64,000 nt of DNA from a virus: the IMG/VR virus record IMGVR_UViG_3300020045_013318, positions 1-64,000 of that record; one strand, 5' to 3'. Positions 58,139 through 64,000 of the stretch are shown piece after piece. Position numbers and translations under genes: made by a program. The notes under the pieces are model-generated. The model was not told the origin of the DNA. It saw only the letters and a program-made list of their open reading frames with translations, and searched no databases. Position 1 is the stretch's first letter. Each line of letters opens with the position of its first letter.

Positions 58139-58175
58139 TAAAGCGTACCATTATCTATGGCTCGCTTTTTGCTTT
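58139..58175 (+). terminator. Probable terminator between convergent arms
   Basis: AAAGCG..CCAT/ATGG..CGCTTTTT. Confidence 0.5.
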
Positions 58176-58333
58176 ATATATCTACTTATTTTCGGTTTTG
58201 TTGATATTGTAATGACCAATATCAACTATTTGACCGCCATTCAGAGTTGAAAATTAGAAACAGCCCCGTAGAGGATTACGGAGCTGTTATGGTTTTTGGC
58301 AGGTTTGTCTACTTGCCTCCTAAAAGTTGTCGT

Positions 58334-58561
58334 TCAGTATTGAGCCGAATAAATGTCATCACTTGGTGCAACGGAATGTTCGGCTTGAACTTGACCGCTA
58401 GTTTTTTCTTGTGTGATTTCTTTTTCATAACCTTGCGGAAGTTGTGTGGTTTCGCCAGACATTAAGTAATTGCCTCTACAGAGTAAACTACAATAAAGTC
58501 TGTCCTTGATTATGAGAAATGGCTGACTGATGTATGTACCACAGTAAGAACATTGTGCCAT
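58334..58561 (-). CDS. Small zinc-finger protein
   Basis: CSYC...YCSLLC. Confidence 0.5.
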   Translation of the reverse strand: MAQCSYCGTYISQPFLIIKDRLYCSLLCRGNYLMSGETTQLPQGYEKEITQEKTSGQVQAEHSVAPSDDIYSAQY

Positions 58562-58592
58562 AATTCACCTTTGGTTTTTTATTCTATGTTTA

Positions 58593-59906
58593 TTATAACA
58601 CGCGATAGAAGAATGTCTGTAACTTCAAGACACCCTCATAGTATTTTTTCCACGAATCTAGTTGATAAAAAGTGTCTATTTTTCCTGTAAGACTATTGTT
58701 TGAAATTATGTGAGTTTTACCACAAATTCCCGCATGTCCTTGAACCTTAACTGTCCCATCATCATTTAAGATTTGAGGGGATATTATAATCGCTCCCACT
58801 TCGTATCCATCTACTCTATGAAATCGTGAATCACTTTCAAGTATCTTATACATCCGAGCCGTAGAAGCTCCTCCTCCTATCTCTCTACCAAAAGTCTTTT
58901 TATAAACAGCATTGAGTTGTAAGGCGCAAGATAGATGAGGAGGAGCAATGTTATGATCTACCAAATCAAGTCCTAAACATCCTTTAGCTGTGTAATAAAG
59001 CAATTTAGCATTATCTGTCCACTCATTTGTAGGTGGTAGCGGTTTAGGGACAACAGAAGGCGGAATGACTATAGGTATATTGTTTTTTTTTAGGATTCCT
59101 AGAAGTTCAGCTAATCTTCGTAAGAATAGGGGAATATTGCTACTGACTGTAAAAGTTGGTTTTTTCAAAGCTATATGATACCTCTTACAAAAGAGTATGC
59201 TGTGATCCCACGCTAGATGTTTAATGGTTGAGCTTTCTTCTTCGTACGAGTCATTGACTACCCAAAAATTATTATTCAAAAAATGAACATAGTTAGTCCA
59301 GTGGTTATTGGATAGACTTTTATCCACATATACCCCATTTTCTTTGTACCATGCCGTTACGGAGATACTGGGAGGGCATAAAGTTAAAGACTCTTTCATG
59401 TTTTTGATCCTAACCTCAAGAGAAGTACCCGGAGTAAAAACCCACTCATGGAAAAATTCAAATTTATCTAACCATTTTTTACCCGCTTCTCTACATGCCT
59501 TTTCATCTGCTCCTTTGAATGAATAGTATTCATCAACATTTTGCAAATCCTTTGAAAAAGGTAACATCTCCTCTGGTATCAATCCGTGTTTTCTTATAGC
59601 TTCTGCTACGATGTGGGGACTATTACCTGGGGGTTTAGTACCTGCTACAATTCCCAACCACCTGTCAGAATAATTGACAGTCTCTCCTGTGATGACAAAT
59701 ATCATCTTTTCTACTGAAGATAGGGTGTTGAAGCTAGTGCAATTATAAGTTTCAAAGTTAGCGTTTTGTATTTCTTTATCCACAAGATCAGACCAGTCTG
59801 CATTTGGGCGTAAAACCAGTTTTGGGACATTACTTGCTCCAAAAACATAGTCTTCGGCAAGAAAGACATCTGGTAAAAATCCTTTATTTTCAAAACCTAA
59901 TTTCAT
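58593..59906 (-). CDS. Two-domain cysteine peptidase/amidase, putative endolysin
   Basis: Papain-like YNCTSF...NHW...NDSY plus second SCA...GHAGI...SNNS domain. Confidence 0.7.
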   Translation of the reverse strand: MKLGFENKGFLPDVFLAEDYVFGASNVPKLVLRPNADWSDLVDKEIQNANFETYNCTSFNTLSSVEKMIFVITGETVNYSDRWLGIVAGTKPPGNSPHIVAEAIRKHGLIPEEMLPFSKDLQNVDEYYSFKGADEKACREAGKKWLDKFEFFHEWVFTPGTSLEVRIKNMKESLTLCPPSISVTAWYKENGVYVDKSLSNNHWTNYVHFLNNNFWVVNDSYEEESSTIKHLAWDHSILFCKRYHIALKKPTFTVSSNIPLFLRRLAELLGILKKNNIPIVIPPSVVPKPLPPTNEWTDNAKLLYYTAKGCLGLDLVDHNIAPPHLSCALQLNAVYKKTFGREIGGGASTARMYKILESDSRFHRVDGYEVGAIIISPQILNDDGTVKVQGHAGICGKTHIISNNSLTGKIDTFYQLDSWKKYYEGVLKLQTFFYRVL

Positions 59907-60265
59907 TCTATTAGTTTAGATAAATAAGCTATTCCACCTGCAATAACTCCGATAGAGCCTATGATTGCTGCTATATAAGCTAAAACTTTCACACCACTTG
60001 AAAGCCATTCACGAGATTTATCTAGGGGTATAATTTTATTATTAAGTTCAGTGAGGATTGTATCTTGTTCGTTCAGATGGTTTTTAATAGAATCTAATTT
60101 ACCATTTACTGTAATTTGTACCGCAGAAGACACGATTGTTTCAATAGATTTCTTGTCAGCAACATTTATAAGCATATCTCTAATTTCTCCAAAATTACGA
60201 CTATCATCTAGTTCATGCTTGATTTGCCAATCGGATATTGTTTTGAGAGTTACTTCTTTTTCCAT
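59903..60265 (-). CDS. C-terminal TM protein in lysis module
   Basis: Hydrophobic C-terminus; coupled to lysin. Confidence 0.6.
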   Translation of the reverse strand: MEKEVTLKTISDWQIKHELDDSRNFGEIRDMLINVADKKSIETIVSSAVQITVNGKLDSIKNHLNEQDTILTELNNKIIPLDKSREWLSSGVKVLAYIAAIIGSIGVIAGGIAYLSKLIE

Positions 60266-60267
60266 AT

Positions 60268-62025
60268 CTAATTATTAGAAAGAGCTGGCACTATAAATAC
60301 AACAGCCGATGATCCTCTCATACTTGCTCCTGTTGATGGAGTTGGAAATGTTGCAGGAAAATTAACAGCATCATAAGTTCGTGTTACTTGCCACGCACAC
60401 TGCACAACACCAAAGTCTTGGTCAATTCCCATAGGACAAGCTATAGCAGAGTTAGTAGATGAACCACGCAAAGTTGGTGTTGCGACTCCTGTCCAATAAG
60501 CAATCCAATAAAGTTTTCCTACTTCAGGAGTCCAATTTACCGCACCAGTTATTCTTCCAGTAGCATCACTAATTAACTCGCCTGTAGAGGTTACGAGAGT
60601 GGTTGGAAAGAGAGCAGTAGATGAGGAATTTTCATATACGGCAAATCGTGTTCGTGAACCAGCACCACCTGCTGTTCCTACCCAACCTATAAGGGAGTTT
60701 ACTTTACAATTTTCATGACATACCCACGGGAAAGCTACGATAGTGTTAATGATTGCACTTTGATTAGAAACAATCATAAACCCACCAGTTACTCCAGCTG
60801 GGTGATATAAGGTTGAGGTACTAATTGCTGTATTAGTAGTTGTTCCACTTTTGAAATCTGTTAATGACATAACAGGATTTTGCCATATAGGTTTACCTAT
60901 AGTGGTAGAAGCGACAAGTGTTTGTCCGCTAAGACCTTGCGTTGATGTACCCGTACCACCACTTGAAACTGGTAATGGGTTAGTAAGTGATAAATCTCTA
61001 GCAGATAATCCTCCTGTTATACTTGTTGTTGCAGTAGTGGAATTAGTGCGCAAGTAATCAAACTGTGGACGAGCAGTATATGACGGTATCGTTCCATTAC
61101 TTGTGAGAATAGTTGAAGAAGCACCTATGCCAAGTTGGGTTAAAGATGAGGGGGCAACACCGTAAAGTAGATCACCATCTAAATAAGAACTTAATCCTGT
61201 ACCTCCACTTGCTCCAATAAGTGGGGTTGATAGGTTCAATGTGCCTGCTATGTAGACATCTTTGACCCGTTTAGTTGCCGAACCGATGTCTTCAGTATTA
61301 GTAGTTACAGGTAAAAAGTTACCAGTAGAGTCAATCCTCCACTGTTGAGTACCTGCTGTTTTGAAGATAATATCTCCCGAACTTCCAGCCGCTCCACTTA
61401 TAGATAACTCCAAATGTTCATCACCTACCGAAGCTCTATTGTAATATAAATACCCTTCTTCACCTCCCAATTCTTTGAAGGACAACTTTGCCCCCTCCCC
61501 ATCAGCACCATCAAATACAATCGTAGGTGTTCCACCACTCTGTAATGTAATAAGTTCACTGTCAGTTTCAAAACTGTGTCCGATATGTAAAGCAGTTGAA
61601 GGTGTTGGTGTTCTTAAACCAAGTCTCGCATTAGTATTGTCCCAGAAAAAATTATCGTTATTTTGTGCAACTAAACCACCAGTATTGGCGAAAAGGATAG
61701 AACCTGCTGTGAAAGGAGTGATGATTGACGAACCTGTACGAAGTGCGCCACCTGTAATAGTTAGTCCATTCGTGCTAGAAAGTCCTACTGTTGATACACC
61801 ACCTGCAAAGGTGGAGGTGGCTGTACCAGTTACATTCAAAGATGTTGTTGCGGTAAGAGTTCCAACCGTGGGTGATGTAGTAGCTGAAAGTTTTGTTATA
61901 CCTGATGTGGAGGTCGCATAGATTACTCCTTGATATGGTTTTATTATTAACTGATTTTGGTCAAAGACTTGTGCGTGAAGAGGTAAAGCAAAGAGTATAA
62001 AAAGTGATAGTAGTATTTTTTTCAT
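60268..62025 (-). CDS. Tail-fiber-like protein with N-terminal signal peptide
   Basis: MKKILLSLFILFALPLHAQ; ATST and GGTG motifs, FFWDNTNARLGL. Confidence 0.7.
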   Translation of the reverse strand: MKKILLSLFILFALPLHAQVFDQNQLIIKPYQGVIYATSTSGITKLSATTSPTVGTLTATTSLNVTGTATSTFAGGVSTVGLSSTNGLTITGGALRTGSSIITPFTAGSILFANTGGLVAQNNDNFFWDNTNARLGLRTPTPSTALHIGHSFETDSELITLQSGGTPTIVFDGADGEGAKLSFKELGGEEGYLYYNRASVGDEHLELSISGAAGSSGDIIFKTAGTQQWRIDSTGNFLPVTTNTEDIGSATKRVKDVYIAGTLNLSTPLIGASGGTGLSSYLDGDLLYGVAPSSLTQLGIGASSTILTSNGTIPSYTARPQFDYLRTNSTTATTSITGGLSARDLSLTNPLPVSSGGTGTSTQGLSGQTLVASTTIGKPIWQNPVMSLTDFKSGTTTNTAISTSTLYHPAGVTGGFMIVSNQSAIINTIVAFPWVCHENCKVNSLIGWVGTAGGAGSRTRFAVYENSSSTALFPTTLVTSTGELISDATGRITGAVNWTPEVGKLYWIAYWTGVATPTLRGSSTNSAIACPMGIDQDFGVVQCAWQVTRTYDAVNFPATFPTPSTGASMRGSSAVVFIVPALSNN

Positions 62026-62026
62026 T

Positions 62027-62929
62027 TTAATAAAGATAAGATACTAAAAAAGTATTACCTGCCGAGGCATTAGTAATGGTGATTGTATTTCCACTTCTTG
62101 TCCATGACTCTGTGGGTGTCAGTATTTGACCTTGTCTTGTAACAAACAAAATAGTTGAAAAGGTGTTAGTAAGCTGTGTTAAATTAAGTGTTACATTGTC
62201 GCCAGATTGAGTACCTTGCAAACTTTCAGTAAGAACATTCAATCCTGTAAATGAAGTAGAAATAGTTTTTGTGCCATCAGAATTAGACACTATTGTAATA
62301 TTACTTCCAGCTTGGATAATATCACCCCCACCTCGCATGACAGATTTTTCTTTCTGTCTTAAGGGTTTATTTTTTAATCCCAAAGTGTAGTCTAACTTTT
62401 GAGTGTATCCTAAACTTTCTAAACCCCTTGCAATTTCTTCCCATGTTAGCTGTGGGGCAGTTTCTTTAATTTCTTTTATAATTTCTCTAGTTGTCTCCTT
62501 AATAGGCTGAATAATAGGAATTTCACGAATAGTCTCAATCCTTTCCACTACTTTTTCAACAACAGGGGGGGTGATTTTTTTAGAAGCAACTTCGGCAATG
62601 TCTTCTATGTCTTTTTGGGTAAGCATGTAATCTTCGCCATCAAGTCCTTCATCGCCTTGTTCTCCTTTAAGTTTTTCTAAATCAATTTTAACATTCTCAA
62701 TTTTTCTAGCGTAATCATGGGTATCAAAAACAAATTCAGTGATTTTCTTTATTCCGTCTTCATGTTTAGAAAGAACATCCAATATAAATTTAGCAAATTT
62801 ATCAAATTTCTGTGTAAGGTCTCGCACATCTCCAGTTTGTTTTTCAGAGAGTTTGAAGAACTGAAAGTAAGGAGAGGCTTGATATTCTCTTTTAGTGTCA
62901 AGTAATCTTTTGAGTTGCTCTTTGTCCAT
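62027..62929 (-). CDS. Virion-associated protein
   Basis: KGEQGDEG.DG.DY.LT..D..DIA; AGSNITI. Confidence 0.6.
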   Translation of the reverse strand: MDKEQLKRLLDTKREYQASPYFQFFKLSEKQTGDVRDLTQKFDKFAKFILDVLSKHEDGIKKITEFVFDTHDYARKIENVKIDLEKLKGEQGDEGLDGEDYMLTQKDIEDIAEVASKKITPPVVEKVVERIETIREIPIIQPIKETTREIIKEIKETAPQLTWEEIARGLESLGYTQKLDYTLGLKNKPLRQKEKSVMRGGGDIIQAGSNITIVSNSDGTKTISTSFTGLNVLTESLQGTQSGDNVTLNLTQLTNTFSTILFVTRQGQILTPTESWTRSGNTITITNASAGNTFLVSYLY

Positions 62930-62946
62930 GAGTAAATTATAAACTA

Positions 62947-63999
62947 TTATTTGAATATATCGCTATATGCACCTTGCAATTCTGGTGGTATTTTTATTAT
63001 TCCATCCCTTCCCGCAAATTCAGCCATAAAAGCAAACCTTTCTCCTGCTAATTGTTCTTCATTTCTAATTTTATATACATTGTCTGTTTTCAAAAAATTC
63101 TCTATGTCTCTAACCATTGGTTCATTGAGTTGAGTTTCCCACACCTCATTAAATCTCTGTGGATTGAAGCCAATCCTATCTTGCATTGAGTGAACAAATT
63201 CGTGAAAAACTACATCTTCTTGCTGTAATGGTTCAAGACTTTTAGATGTATCACTCAAAAAGATTTTTTGTTTTCCACCTTTAGTTTCGGTAAGCAGAAT
63301 ACGATAAACAACTTCAGGAATTTTATCTCCAAATTTTTGTTCCAAAATATCAAACACCTTTCCACCAAAGGGAATATAATCAATAGGAACTACAGGACGG
63401 GTTGTTCCTACTATATTTTTTGCATCGCTAAAATCAGAAAATTCAGTTTCAGTTTTTTTTAGAAACTGTTTCGCAGTATCAGTGATTGGAAAAGTGTTTG
63501 ATATATTATTTTTTAATTCTTTTCCTTTGCTAGATTCCAAAAATGGCACATTTTCAGTTATTGTTTCTGATATTTTTGATAACAATTTAGTTGTATTCTC
63601 TTTAGATATATTCAATCCGGCGCTAACTCCTAGAGCCGTAGCCTTAACAGGGTCTACAATTCCTTTGTTAAGTAGAGCGGGTTTAACAATGCTTTCTAAT
63701 GTAGATGATTTAGGCACAGCTATCATGGGATTTGAGCCGAATGTAGAGTCAATAGAAATTACTCCGTCATAACCTTTAGTCTTTATGAAATCCGCAAAAC
63801 TTACTTTTGGATCAAAACCGTGAGCTAATCTCCATTCTTTATATAGAGGATTTTTTATAAGATCGTCCCCCAAAGAGCGGAGATCAAGAACTTTCTTACC
63901 CGGAACAAAAAACTGTTTAAGTTCATTCCCATAAGGTGTTGCACCCTCTTTAGTTAAGGACAAATACTGACTATCCCCAAATTGCATACCGCCTCTTCC
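62947..63999 (-). CDS. C-terminal part of large internal virion (polyvalent-type) protein; 5' truncated by window
   Basis: Frame open to window end; KGYDGVI motif and HEFVH zincin motif. Confidence 0.65.
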   Translation of the reverse strand, partial: GRGGMQFGDSQYLSLTKEGATPYGNELKQFFVPGKKVLDLRSLGDDLIKNPLYKEWRLAHGFDPKVSFADFIKTKGYDGVISIDSTFGSNPMIAVPKSSTLESIVKPALLNKGIVDPVKATALGVSAGLNISKENTTKLLSKISETITENVPFLESSKGKELKNNISNTFPITDTAKQFLKKTETEFSDFSDAKNIVGTTRPVVPIDYIPFGGKVFDILEQKFGDKIPEVVYRILLTETKGGKQKIFLSDTSKSLEPLQQEDVVFHEFVHSMQDRIGFNPQRFNEVWETQLNEPMVRDIENFLKTDNVYKIRNEEQLAGERFAFMAEFAGRDGIIKIPPELQGAYSDIFK

Positions 64000-64000
64000 A

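Noticed and set aside
1-64000. Stop-codon reassignment
   Set aside because: Core genes (TerL, portal, MCP, GroEL) are full length in code 11 and all three stop codons end genes.

Overview
The whole window is tailed-phage DNA, with no host housekeeping genes, rRNA, CRISPR array or integrase. It appears to hold two phage genomes, one nested in the other. The inner unit (~14.77-55.03 kb, ~40 kb) looks complete and circularly permuted. It carries a podovirus-like morphogenesis operon (TerS, GroES/GroEL, gpA-type TerL, portal, scaffold, MCP, tail and ejection proteins, lysis), a recombination module and a 7-deazaguanine DNA-modification cluster (QueE, QueD, FolE, DpdL-like, DUF1599-like, DpdA-like, no QueC). 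The outer phage (1-14.72 kb plus 55.25-64 kb) has its own TerS-like gene, helicases, C5 methyltransferase, GH18 plus holin, a second GroEL, lysin and tail genes. Both junctions fall in tandem arrays of the same 12-bp unit (YKGGRTGCCGCT, coding WDAA/RDAA/WGAA), and the two ORFs spanning them look like reciprocal chimeras. This is either a repeat-mediated cointegrate or an assembly join; reads are needed to decide. Other highlights are strong GATC enrichment in the inner core, a ~240-nt structured RNA ending in a tRNA-like cloverleaf with CCA, DnaA-box-like promoter elements and an ART-like domain on an ejection protein. All protein calls rest on motifs recognised by eye, not database searches. 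A Patescibacteria (CPR) host is an inference.
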